A stretch of 63,367 bases of DNA, the filler included, from Octopus bimaculoides (taxonomy: Eukaryota), in NCBI RefSeq assembly GCF_001194135.2. It is 7 parts of 6 records of this genome, joined end to end, with 100 filler letters (N's around TTAATTAATTAA, not from the genome) between each part and the next. Parts side by side here need not be neighbours in the genome. Positions count along the whole stretch, not along the records: positions 19,071 to 37,465 come from NC_069001.1; 6 more parts are not named here. One strand, 5' to 3'. Below, in pieces: positions 24,341 through 36,335 of this stretch. The number at the start of each line of letters is the position of its first letter. The stretch's first letter is position 1. The notes under the pieces are model-generated. The model ran no database searches. It was not told the origin of the DNA and saw only the letters and a list, made by a program, of their open reading frames with translations. A program made the translations under genes and the position numbers.

Positions 24341-26089
24341 CATCAACATTATCACGACCACTTTCACTCACCATCTTCGCAACCATTCACTATCAACGTT
24401 AACATACATACACGAGCTCTTTCATGCCTGCGAGCATTTGTTTGATCGTCAACAAAAGTAGTATATACACAATGTGTGTGTGTGCGCGTGTGTGCGTGTG
24501 CGTGTGTGTGTGGGGGGTATGTGTGAGAGAGAGAGGGAAGGAGGGAGGGAGAGAGAGAAAGAGTGTGTATTGTGTGTTGTGTGTGGGTATGTGTGTGTGT
24601 TTGTATGCGCATCAACGTGAAGCAAATCAGATGTATATATATATATATNNNNNNNNNNNNNNNNNNNNNNNNNNNNNNNNNNNNNNNNNNNNNNNNNNNN
24701 NNNNNNNNNNNNNNNNNNNNNNNNNNNNNNNNNNNNNNNNNNNNNNNNNNNNNNNNNNNNNNNNNNNNNNNNNNNNNNNNNNNNNNNNNNNNNNNNNNNN
24801 NNNNNNNNNNNNNNNNNNNNNNNNNNNNNNNNNNNNNNNNNNNNNNNNNNNNNNNNNNNNNNNNNNNNNNNNNNNNNNNNNNNNNNNNNNNNNNNNNNNN
24901 NNNNNNNNNNNNNNNNNNNNNNNNNNNNNNNNNNNNNNNNNNNNNNNNNNNNNNNNNNNNNNNNNNNNNNNNNNNNNNNNNNNNNNNNNNNNNNNNNNNN
25001 NNNNNNNNNNNNNNNNNNNNNNNNNNNNNNNNNNNNNNNNNNNNNNNNNNNNNNNNNNNNNNNNNNNNNNNNNNNNNNNNNNNNNNNNNNNNNNNNNNNN
25101 NNNNNNNNNNNNNNNNNNNNNNNNNNNNNNNNNNNNTATATCCTGGAAGCAGATAAAAAAAAAAGGTGAGTAGTGAAAACAAATGCAATGCAACGAAGAT
25201 TCAAGTAGATGGATGGTAGACAATGTTTATGATGTTTGTGTACTGACATATGAGCAGATAAAAATATCCATCTTCCCACTAGATTATGAAAAGAAGGAAA
25301 ATATGGAGCAGCTAAGAAAACAAGGAGAGAAGAAAAAAAGGAGAAACTAAATACATTTGAACGTATGTATGAATGTATGTATGTATGTATGTATGTATGT
25401 ATGTATGTCATATCGCTCTTGAGTGCTACTGGTAACATATTGCAAGGTTGGGTTGTCGGTGACTAAACCGGCAACCCCATCAAACTTGCTTGGTGAGGAG
25501 GGTAATTGTTGGACAACCTGCAGGACGAAAAATAAGACCTGTGAAAGGGCAGAAGAGTTCATGAGCAGTCAATGACCATCCAACAATATGTGTACATGTG
25601 TATGTATGCATGTATGTATGTATGTATGTGCGGGGATGTGGCAATACCTGAGTTGGTGTCCAGACGCGCAGTTGGCCCACTGGGAGTGGAAAGTCCATCA
25701 GTTGTCACGACATCTCTCTAGGAGATGGAAACTCTGAGAGAAAACCTGCGACATAGGCAATATTCGATGATGTAGACTAGTCCTTCTTTTCGAGTTTATC
25801 TTGTCCATGTTCAGAGTGTGGAATTAGATTTGTGCACAGACATCGCTTGAAAAAAAAAAGTAAGAACTATCATAAAAATGGCTGGTCATAGCCTTCGCAA
25901 GTGTGGGATTTTCAATCAGGCGATGGCAATACTCGAACACGAGTTTGCAGCCATCATGCATGTATGTATGTCTCTTCTATTTTTTAATTATTAGAAATCT
26001 TCCACTGAGGAGGGAGCCGGTTACCAACAAAGATACAAGGCTCCATCTTTGGGATAAAGTTAACACAGACAAATTCACATTTGGAACTT

Positions 26090-26830
26090 GAGACGGCGAA
26101 ATAATGGTTTTACATTTACAAAGTCTAATATTGAATTAGATAATCGTTCAGTAGTACCATATTCCCCCTTCTTTTTAGTCTAATATGGAAGTCATTGTAA
26201 TGTAGAGATATGTGCATCTGTAGAATCAGTTAAATATATTAACAAATATATTCATAAAGGTCATGATCGAGTGACAGTCAGAATTAGTGGACAAGCCAAT
26301 GCACAACAAACACACACAGATGAAATTGAAAATTATATCAATGGCCGCTCTGTATCCTCATCAGAGGCAGTCTGGATTATTTTAGGGTTCAAATTACATG
26401 GTTCATATCTTGCAATCAAACAGCTTACAGTTCATTTACCCCAACAGCAATACATTTACTTTAATGACGATGATGATATTGAACATGTTATCCACACACA
26501 TGACAGATCCACTCTCACTGAATGGATGTGAGTTAACCGGGAATCACCAGCTAACTCATTTGCACGTACATTACACTATACTGATTTCCCTGAATTTTAC
26601 ACAAGGAATAATAGTGAGAAAATAAGGCACCTCAGAAAAAATAATACCCACACCATTGGGGGTATCTACTTTGTTTCACTAAAGGAATACTATCTGAGAG
26701 CTTTACTATATCATATTCCTGGAGCTACATCATTTGAAGATATAAAGACTATTAATGTTATAGTTTGCCATAGTTACAAAGAGGCTGCAATGAAACTGGG
26801 TTTAGCACATGATGACCGTGAATACTATCA
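26090..26830 (+). mobile_element. Helitron Rep-helicase linker fragment
   Basis: HCNVEICASVESVKYINKYIHKGHDR...DEIENYINGRSVSSSEAVW...LTVHLP...TLTEW...YYLRALLYHIPGATSFEDIKT...YKEAAMKLGL. Confidence 0.9.
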
Positions 26831-27003
26831 GCTACTCCATATCAGATGTGAAAACTTTTCTGCTCTATTCTTAATTACTGCATTCTATATGTATACTTAT
26901 ATATATATATTACACAAATATATGATACAATGTAAAATATACGCTATCTTAAAGATAGCGTTTTGCACCAGTGTGTGTGTGTGTGTGTGCGTGTGTGTGC
27001 CTG

Positions 27004-27030
<27 letters not shown>

Positions 27031-27036
<6 letters not shown>

Positions 27037-28710
27037 GGAAGGATTCCGACCAACTCCATGTGACTAAAAGTGGACTGATACATCGCTATGCAACGAAGAA
27101 CTGTCAGCAGTTCAGAGGAAGCAGTTCACTCTGAGCCGTTGGCAGCGAGCGTTTAACTTCGTGTAACAGTAATAGTAGAGTGTCGTGTAAATACTTCTTC
27201 CCCACTGCTTGGTTAAATCGTTTATCCAACACCAGGACATAAAAGGTGCGACGAGTTGTTCGAAGCTTGTGTTGGACGTTTAGAAATTTTTGGAGGGTGG
27301 GGGTACGAAACCAAAGAAAAATCGTTTAACATGGAGAACTTATTGGCTTCCACGGTGCAGTTGCAACAGAAGCAACAACAACAGCAACTACAACAACAAC
27401 AACAGCAACTACAACAGCAACCACAGCAACAAAACTAGCAGTTGCTGGAAGTAATGTTAAAGAAGTCTGAAAATACTTTAGGTTCGTACTCGCCAGGAAG
27501 CATAGCAAATTCAATTAAAGAATTCAGTTATAATCCAGAAGGGATTATCTTCTCAGCATATTTTCGAAGATACAAAGAAATCTTCAAAGGAGAATGTAAA
27601 AATTGGTCTGACGAGAAAAAAGTACGACTACTTTTAAGAAAGTTATCCTCTGCCGAATACGAAAAATATAGTAACTATATTCTGCCGCAGAAACCAGGTG
27701 AGACTTGTTTCGATGAAACAATTCATTTTATATCGAAAATTTTCAGTGAAGGAAGTTCCCTGTTTAATACTTGCTTGTCAAAAATGGTGATGAAGATATC
27801 GTCGCCTATGCTGGAGTTGTTAACAGAGGGTGTGAAAAATTAAAATCAAATGAATTAACCCCGGACATGTTCACATATCTAATTTTTGTTCAAGGGCTTA
27901 CTGTAAGCAAAGATGGATATTAACAAAATTAGAACAGGACCAAAAATTAACTCTACAGGCAGGAAAAGAATGCCAGAGGATTATAAATCTAAGACATGAC
28001 GCAGATAACATTGAAGAAAAAGACCGCTCTCATATTCATGCGTGTCGACCGGTAATGGATATGAAAAAAGAGAAAGAAAATGTCAAAACCGAATCCATGT
28101 TATGGGTGTGGTGGTCTACATTTAAAAGTAACTGTTCGTTTAAAAATATAAAATGCATCAAGTGTGGTAAGATAGGCCATAAAAAATCACACTGTAAAAC
28201 AAAACCTGAAAAACGGTTCAACAGAAAAAAAATCGCGTAAACAGGTTATCGGTGACAAGAAATACGAACGACCCTCAAAGGAAATTTGTGTATGTAAAAA
28301 CTAACGTAAAGTTACAATTGGATATGGGCAGTATATCTCGATAATTAACACAGATACTCGGGGGAAAATCGGGAAACCTAGATTAAAAGAAACTTCAAAA
28401 ATTGCACGTGGTGTTTCAGGAAAAAATTACATTTTAAGGACAAAATGTTTAGTGAGGTTACATTTCGTGGAAAAACCTTAGAAGCCAAAGTTTTCGTGTT
28501 GAATAATATAAATTTATTCATAACATACTTTTTTGAATGCCCATTACTCCAATAATTCTGTATTTTTACTGTTACACTTTTTCCATGACAGTAGATAATT
28601 TTTTTTATTCCACAACGTATTTGTAGTGGCTTCATGCAGGCATAGCGTGGATTCGATCCTCGATTGCCAAATTTCACTTAACACTTCAACAGCGCTTTTC
28701 TCACGGTAAA
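27031..28710 (+). mobile_element. Gypsy (Mag/K02A2.6-like) LTR retrotransposon 5' part: LTR, PBS-like motif, gag, Zn knuckle, protease
   Basis: LTR TGT...ACA at about 27031-27239 followed by GTGCGACGAG. Gag FSYNPEG...WSDEKKVRLLLRKL...ILPQKP; CIKCGKIGHKKSHC knuckle; degenerate LQLD(T)G(S)DISII protease. Frameshifts and stops throughout. Confidence 0.85.
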
Positions 28711-28719
28711 ACAATAGTT

Positions 28720-30150
28720 TTTCTGTGAATGACAGCAGTAATACATTTCCCAGATGCCTTCGCTAAGCAGAATAATGTCTTTGCCACTTGACCCTTCTAA
28801 CTTCTTCTAAGCCACCAGGGTCTGAAATGGAGATAACAGACCTCCAATGAAATCATTTGTTCTCAACGATATGTCCATCCTTCTGGTTGCTTTTCGGTCG
28901 GTCTGGTTTATTTATCACCTTTACCTTCAATCCTAAATGGCAAGAATCTACACTGCCTCTTCGAAGGTCAACACATCAGTGATAGCCATGACATAATTGC
29001 AAGAGTCTTCAACTTGAAACAGCAAAAACTTGTGGCTGCTCAAAGATGGTAAAATCTTTGGTGATTTCAATGCTTGGATGTACACAATCGAATTGCAGAA
29101 ACGGGTCTGCCTCATTCGCATACCCTCATAATGGTGCAAGGAGAGGATACGTCCAGATTCGATTGATGACATTATTTCTGCAGAGTTCCCAAATCCAGAG
29201 CAAGACGCTCAACCGTACATTGTGGAGAAACACATAATTCACGTGCGCTGTGGAAGCTTTAACCCTTCATCTCTTTGCATGGAGAACAATATGTGCACCA
29301 TTCGTTCAAGAAACACGAACTGGACATGACGGTTATCCACTCTACAGGCGGCGCAAACCTGAACACGGTGGTTATACTGCAACACTGAAGACACCAGCAA
29401 GAGGTTGAAGTTGACAACAGATGGATTGTGCCCTACAACAAATTGCTATCGAAAATGTTTGAGGCACACATCAACGTCGAATCATGTAATTCTGTAAAGA
29501 GCATAAAATACATCTGCAAATACATCAACAAGGGGTCTGATATGGTAGTTTTTGGAGTCAATGCGCATGAACAGCAAACGGATGAAATAAGACGTTATCT
29601 ACTGGGAAGATACATTGAGGCGAGTTGGCGTATATTTGGCTTCCCACTTCACAGATGGTATCCAACGGTTGTGAATCTAGCTGTTCATCTTGAAAGCTGG
29701 GAGCGTGTCTATTTCACAGAAGATAATGCTCAACAGCAATTTCACCCACCTCCAAACAACTCTTACAGCTTTCTTCGACCTATGCAAAACACAATTTTGC
29801 CCGATCCCTGCTTTTTGTTGAAGTACCTGTCTATTACACCTGGTCAGGAAATAAATGGGTAAAACGTATAAATGAAACTCCAGTTATCGCCTATGAGGCA
29901 GAAGAATGTTTAATGGAGAGCTCTGTCCAACCTTCAGGGTGGCCTGTGCCAAACATGGACTACTTGAACATGATGCTCACAGGCACCAAACACTCGACGA
30001 GGCTTCTGTCGCCAAAATGCCAACTCAACTACGCCAATTATCAAGCTTATGACATGTGCCTTGAGTGATCCTGTAACGCTTTGGGAGAATTACAGAGAAA
30101 GCATGTCAGAGGATATACTACGCAATCAATAGATATTGACTGGGAATCCA
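28720..30150 (+). mobile_element. Helitron Rep (HUH) domain and linker fragment
   Basis: LFITFTFNPKW...DSHDIIARVFNLK; WMYTIELQKR (motif 2); HINVESCNSVKSIKYICKYINKGSD (motif 3 region); TFRVACAKHGLLEHD...LWENYRESMSEDIL. Confidence 0.92.
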
Positions 30151-30289
30151 CTCCTGGTAATTTCTTATTCCTAAAAAGACAACAGAAGAAGACAAGGGGG
30201 TGGGACCAGGTTAGTACCTAATCTCACCCTAGTATTAGGGTCATAAAAGAAAGAAGACCCACAAATCCTAGATTTTGTGAAATCCATCA

Positions 30290-30560
30290 TAATCTTAGTC
30301 AAGTCCCTTTCCCAATGTTAGACAGTGTCCTTTGGTCGTTGATCTTCCTCAATGAAACAATTGTGGTAATCTAATTTTCTACACGCAAAGAACATTGTTT
30401 CATCACTAAAGAGAATATTGTCCATTAAGTTTTTATGATGGACGCGAAATTAGCACACGCTAGACTCCATGCAAGAAAATGTTCCTCATTTAAGTCATAT
30501 AAAACATGTAAATGATAACGACAAACTCTTCTGTATTCAATCTCAGGTTCTGGAAAGGAA
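30290..30560 (-). mobile_element. Decayed Tc1/mariner-superfamily transposase fragment
   Basis: Minus frames YHLHVLYDLNEEH and NILFSDETMF (first catalytic Asp context). Confidence 0.5.
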
Positions 30561-31039
30561 AGCACACTGCTTTTATTGATAGGACTTTATGGTCATCCTC
30601 TGTGTGTGTGTGTGTGTGTTTCTTTCTTGTTATATTTTTCAAATTTCATACCAATAGAGAAAGAACAGGTTTCTAATATCGACGGGGTAGTCATGTATGA
30701 ATGCACACACACACACACACACACACACATTAGCATACCTGCATATACATATGTGCAAAAGCATGCGCAGGTGAAGGCATGAATGTCATATCATATGTCG
30801 ATTTGTATGTGTATATTACATAAGGATATATTTTCAGATCTATGCATATGTTTATGCACTTATTAAATGTTAAATTTCTGGAATGGTTTGTGTATTTTGA
30901 CAATACTATTGACGGCTTGTAGCTGTAATCTCCTAATTAGATGTGTTTTTCTGCTTTTGTGAAACCCGGCTCTCCAAGATAAGTACTGAGGTAGATAGTT
31001 GTGTATCGAAGAGTTCCAATAATTATACATAGAAATCTA

Positions 31040-31078
<39 letters not shown>

Positions 31079-31324
31079 TATATATTTATATATATATATA
31101 NNNNNNNNNNAAAAGCTGTTCCTTATTTACATACATATACTATTCAAATATATCTTCCTCTTCCCTGCCAAGAATTCACAACGACCTTGAACCCACAAGA
31201 GTAAACAAGAGAGACAGAGACAGGCAGAAACAAGGAAAATGCCCCTTGTATTTGAATACTATGCAAATATTCTTTTAAAAAACTTTTCTTTTAATTTTTC
31301 CATACTTTTAATTGTTTTCCATAC

Positions 31325-31366
31325 TTACAGTTGAAAAAGTCTCAATGACTGAAACCGGTACTGAAA
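31325..31366 (+). ncRNA. Type I hammerhead motif with U3-A8 covariation
   Basis: UUACAG-UUGAAAA-AGUC(UCAAU)GACU-GAAA-CCGG-UA/CUGAAA; palindromic ACCGGU stem III. Confidence 0.65.
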
Positions 31367-31507
31367 TGTTTTTATAAAATTATTTTAGCATTTTCTACCT
31401 TGACTTTTCTTTTCCATATATATATATATATATATAAATTTAAATAATAAGGGTGAAAAATTGAGTATCAATTTAATTAATATCAATTTAAATCCAGTGG
31501 CCTAGCA

Positions 31508-31794
31508 CAGGGGTTTTCAAACTGTGGTCCGCGGACCACAGTGGGTCCGCAAGGACAAGACAGGAGGTCTGTGGACAACAAATACTTTTTATGGGCAATT
31601 TGATTTTATATATGTTTTTTAATCGAAATCTTTTAATTGACAATAAACCTATTTGTTAAATACTGTTAAATAAATAAATGTAAAAATATATGTTATTTTA
31701 AGCAAATATTTATGTATAAAAATTCATAAGCATTTATAAGGGTAAAGCCTTAAATATAAAGGGGTCCGCAAGTCAAAAAGTTTGAAAACCCTTG
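31508..31794. mobile_element. hAT (Buster/Charlie-type) MITE, complete
   Basis: TIRs CAGGGGTTTTCAAACT and AGTTTGAAAACCCTTG; 8-bp TSD GCCTAGCA at 31500-31507 and 31795-31802. Confidence 0.93.
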
Positions 31795-31986
31795 GCCTAG
31801 CATATTGAAAAATCTGAAGATTCAGAAAAATTATATTACATACATATAAGAGGGATGACATCCATTATGCTAGAAGCAGACCACCTATGGTCTGACCATT
31901 AAGAAGAGATTGTTCTCAAGAAAATTCAGCAAACGCCAGAACGTAAGCGAGCAAGACAAATGAAAAGATTCAAAATATAAAGATTA

Positions 31987-32045
31987 ATCACAGACCGGTT
32001 TCGTTGTTACCACTTACGTAATTGTCCGCAACTCTTCAATGTGAT
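31987..32045 (-). ncRNA. Type I hammerhead motif (U3-G8), downstream of a PLE fragment
   Basis: AUCACA-UUGAAGA-GUUG(22 nt)CAAC-GAAA-CCGG-UC/UGUGAU; perfect 6-bp stem I, GUC triplet. Confidence 0.72.
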
Positions 32046-32479
32046 CGAAGACTTTTGAAATATAACCCCAAATGTAATTGATAGAACTATATACATGTTC
32101 ACTCTCATGCGGACGTCTCGTGTATAGTTCTGCAATTTATATTGCTATGACGATCACATTGAAGAGTTGCAGACCATTACGTTGCCGTCGGTGCTGTTAT
32201 TACAGGGCGTGGGTCTGGTGATTCCGCTGTTGCTCTTGCTGGCGTAGTAATCATCCCCAGGCGCAGTGTTGGTGTTGCTGCTGCTGTTTCTTGTGGTGTT
32301 GGAGCTGCGGTCGGTGTTGTTATTTTTGAGCGAGGGTCGGTAGTTCTGCAACTGCTGGCGTGGCCGTCATCTATGGCTGTAGTGCTGTTGTTGATATGGT
32401 GGTCGTAGTTGTCGGTATTAGTGTTTCTGCCGCTGCCGCCTCTACCGATGGTGTTGAATGAGCTGCTGCTACTATTATT

Positions 32480-32630
32480 CGGGTGTTAGAGCCAGATATC
32501 ACCACAGCCTCATATACGAGCCCCTCGGCCTTGCATTGCCCCTCCCTCACTACCACTGGGCAGTCATTGCACTCCCTGTACAAGCAACCCGCCTCTGCTC
32601 GTGTTTTAGGGGTGTTCACTGATATTTTTT
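32480..32630 (-). mobile_element. Penelope-like element Cys-rich linker and start of GIY-YIG
   Basis: CNDCPVVVREGQCKAEGLVYEAVV resembles the CNC..CPL.G.C...VIY.A.V motif of Neptune-like PLEs. Confidence 0.6.
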
Positions 32631-32639
32631 TAATTTTAG

Positions 32640-34000
32640 GCGCACAATTAAAGGTGTTCTTTAGCAGTAACAACAAACTGGACACGCCAAGGAGATGCAC
32701 TCAGCTCGATAATGCCTTCAGCCAGGAGGCGTTGGACTCCCAATTTGATAAAATCTCGGTTTGGCTTACTGTAATAACGAGATTTAACAGCAATTGGTTT
32801 ACAATCTGCAGATAAATTGAGAACCACCAAACTCAACATTGAGGCTTTTATGTTGAGAAAGTATATCCTGACCAACATTGATTCTCCTAGACAGATAGTG
32901 TGACACTGTGAGTACAGTCCTGAAGACATAAATTGACCATGACAGGTCCACTGACAGTTACTTTCAGTGAGGGCTCTGCCATGGATACTGTAGATGAAGC
33001 TGGGGTTACTTTCAGTCGTAACTGGTTAGCAAGTCGTTTAGAAATGAAGCTATCAGAGTATGAACTAATGTGTCAGCAACCACAGAATTAATTTTTACAT
33101 GGATTATTGTTTTCCGAAGGCTGTTGCAGCTAGAGTAGGATGTATTGATTTGCCACCCGAAGAACATGTTAACGATTCGGACAGAGTTGCAGGAGTATTT
33201 AAACTTTTAGCAGAAGGGGACCCACATACCTTAGCGAAATGTCCTGATTTCGCATAATTTATTACAAATAGCTTCTCGAGTGGAGCAGTGTGTCCGATTA
33301 TGTCTATTGCCACCGCAGAAAAAACACTTCTTTCTTTTTAGTGAATCCAGGATTTAGTTGCGACTCATTATTAACTGCACTTAAAGCTGATGAATTGATG
33401 CATCTGAGGTTTTCTGAGCGACCTCTAGAGTCCGTGTCTGGGTAAATGCTGCATCAAGTGTTAATGTATTTTCTAAGAGACGCTGTTGAATGGGATGAGA
33501 TATAAGTCCATTGATAAAAGCATCTCTAATCATTTCTTGTTGATAAATTACTCCAGTTATGTCATTGAAGGTACAGTCCTTGGCAAGCAACCGCAAAGCA
33601 CTAAGATATTCATCAACGCTTTCCCCTAGCTGTTGACGTCTAGTAGCCAAGCAGTATCGAGCATATATCTCATTCCTTGGTGCAATATATAATTTCTTAA
33701 GATTTGCGATTGCCGTGTCATATTCAGTGCAATCAGAAATGAATTCGAATACTGTTAGCGACACAAAATTAATAAGGATATCAAGTTTGTTAGCAACATC
33801 ATGATTTGCACTTACCGAAGTAAGGAAGCTTGAGAAAGTTTTCTTCCAGTGTACCCATGCCTTGTCAGACCCTCTGATACTTGGTATGGCGTCGACGTGT
33901 TCAGGGCGTAAAATTTTTTCCATAATATTTATTTCAAGAAGATTGAAATGAAGGAAATAAAACAAAGTTAACGATCAAAATATGTATTCTTTATTCAAAA
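32640..34000 (-). mobile_element. Gypsy LTR retrotransposon gag-protease-start of RT (truncated, decayed)
   Basis: MEKILRPEH...WVHWKKTF...EIYARYCLATRRQQLGESVDEYL...MIRDAFINGL (gag); GHFAKVC knuckle; CKPIAVKSRYYS...RLLAEGIIELSASPWRVQFVV (RT N-terminus). Confidence 0.88.
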
Positions 34001-34194
34001 TAAGACTGCCGGAAATGTTCTTTTTAAAATAAATATTAACAGGATTATCATGGAAAAGAAAAGTTAGAAACTGTTGAGTTGATACCATCATATCAAACTC
34101 ATCCTCTTACATTATATATTCTTGCAGAGGCTTCTTTATAAAATAGTGTAGAGGACACTCAGAAGAATCATATCAATCACTGAAGATTTAGGTA

Positions 34195-34550
34195 TGCAAA
34201 AACTGCTTTCAGCTGTACAGCAGTTTTTGGCTAAGCACAGCATTCCCTAGGTTTAACAGCCACCGTATTCCCCAGATGTCACCCCTTGCGACATTTTCCT
34301 CTTTCCAAAACTCAAATCCCGCTTGAAAGGAAGAAGATTTCAATACGTCGAGGAAATGAAAATGAATGCGATGAGGCAGCTACTGATTATCTCAGAAAAC
34401 GAGTTCTAGGAATGCTTCCATCAATAGAAGCAACGCTGGATTAAGTGTGTGGCTTCCAAAGGGACTTCTTTGAAGGAGATTAAATGCCAAATTGTTACGT
34501 GTTGCAGTTTTGTTGTTATAACATCAGTCAAGATACTTATTGATCAAACT
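34195..34550 (+). mobile_element. Mariner (DD34D-type) transposase C-terminal fragment with 3' end
   Basis: QPPYSPDVTPCDIFLFPKLKSRLKGRRF...RWIKCVASKG. Confidence 0.85.
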
Positions 34551-34621
34551 TCGTATATATATATATATATNNNNNNNNNNTTATTATACAAATATATGCC
34601 ATACACACACACACACACATA

Positions 34622-35905
34622 CAGAGTGCGATGGGTAAATTGTCGCCATTTTATATTTTAATTTCGCGCATGCGCATTGTTTGTTTTTGATTTTGTCGAC
34701 TACACAGTATAGTAGGGTCGGTTGGGCACTGTCTGTGAGGAAAACAGCACCATGACGCAATTCACTCTACCATAAATTTGGAAACGACATGTTGAACTGC
34801 TTCGCATTCGCGCCGAAGCTCTAATACGAACATTTCAGAGTGTTTGGTGTCAAACTGAGGACAGTACAGAGGATTTGGAAAGAGTTGGATAAGTCTAACG
34901 GATGAGTCTACGAAAGTACAGCAGCTCACTCTGATCGTTCTGATAAGAAAAGAACTTCTGAATTTGTTGGTGAGATCCAGGCCATGATTGACAACGTTTT
35001 CTCCAAGCCAATCAGGTCCATCGCCAGGGACATGGGAGTGTCTGAGCTTCGTATCAGGCAGGTAGTGCATAAAGACATTCGCTATTCCTTATACAAGATG
35101 AGAAAGGGACAATTTTTATCCCAAGCCATCAAGGACAAGAGGAAAGACAGCGCTACGAAGCTTTCAAATAAACTCAAGCATCGCCTCTAACCAAACATGC
35201 TTTGGACTTTCTCAGACGAGAAAAATTTCTGCTAGGATCGGATGGTGAACACACAGAACAACCGTTGGCTTGCCGTGTCCTCAAAACATGTACCGAGAGT
35301 AACAAAAACCAAACATCCAGTCAACATCATGGTGTTTGGAGTGATCACTAGTAATAGCGACGTTATGCCTTCATTGATCTTTCCACACAACCTCAGGCAC
35401 AACAGGGAGACCTAGATCAAGTGCCTTGAGGAGGTAGTGCTGCCCTGGGAGAAGAGAGTGGCTGTTGGAAGACCCTGTGTCTGGCAACAAGAGTTTGCAC
35501 CATGCCACACAAGCAGGAGAACCCAGTCAAAGCTGTCAGACAATTTCTGCAACCACATCACCCCTAACATCTAGCTAGCTAACTCCCCAGACTGCAACCC
35601 CCTTGATTATTATATGTGGGGCACAGTTAAGCGAGGAACCAACAAAACTCCTTGTAACACCAAAGATGAACTGAAGGCAAGGATTGTGGCAGCATTCGCC
35701 AACTTAAACAAAGAGACTTCTAGAAGAGTTGCAGGAGATTCCAAAGTTGTTTGGAGCTCATGGTTGAAGCCAATGGCGATTTTATTGACTAAATGTACTT
35801 TCTAGTATTCTAAGATATTTTAATGTAATTTTGGTAAATATATATTAAAATGAGTTGTGTTATTTTCATTTTTGCGTAATTTAGACAACAATTTATTCAC
35901 TGCAT

Positions 35906-35907
<2 letters not shown>
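34622..35907 (+). mobile_element. Near-full-length DD37D (maT/mori) Tc1-mariner transposon, pseudogenised
   Basis: FSDEKNF...WQQ(E)FAPCHTS...NSPDCNPLDYY with 37 residues between the 2nd and 3rd acidic positions. Degenerate TIRs (CAGAGTGCGATGGGTAAATTGTCG / CAACAATTTATTCACTGCATCCTA), TA flanks, several stops. Confidence 0.9.
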
Positions 35908-35944
<37 letters not shown>

Positions 35945-36289
35945 CAAATAATAAATGAGTATATGCATATCTGGGTACAAGACGTTGCAAAAAAAAAACG
36001 TGGACAAAATGATAAACAGAGTACAGAAAACACACAGGCCACATAGAGAACATTTCCTTCATCAGCTGCCACCATTCTAAAACTAAGCGTTTCGAAGAGT
36101 TAGGGCAGGACGCATCGTTAGAATGGCTCTTCCCACAGACCACAAATTAAATTTGTACCATGGAGGAATGTAGTGGCGGACAGAAAACAAGACATGAAAA
36201 CGAAACAGTGAAAACAAACAAAAAAGGCCAAACGGCCAGACGTGAAAAAATATGCTGAATTTTATTAATAAAACTGCAAAGACATCACA

Positions 36290-36335
36290 AAAACTGTTAC
36301 TCAGAGTTTCCCGTTCCCGTTCGTCGGATAGTTTT
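36290..36335 (-). ncRNA. Degenerate type I hammerhead motif
   Basis: AAAACUAU-CCGACGA-ACG(GGAA)CGG-GAAA-CUC(U)GAG-UA/ACAGUUUU; U4C and one mismatch each in stems I and II. Confidence 0.55.

Noticed and set aside
25137-25172. Perfect donor AG|GTGAGT at 25165
   Set aside because: The upstream sequence emerges from a gap that looks like (TA)n, and no acceptor is visible.
36050-36135. Second hammerhead-like words (CTGATGA, CGAAACG) on the minus strand
   Set aside because: The core elements are in the wrong order or broken, and no complete fold is possible.
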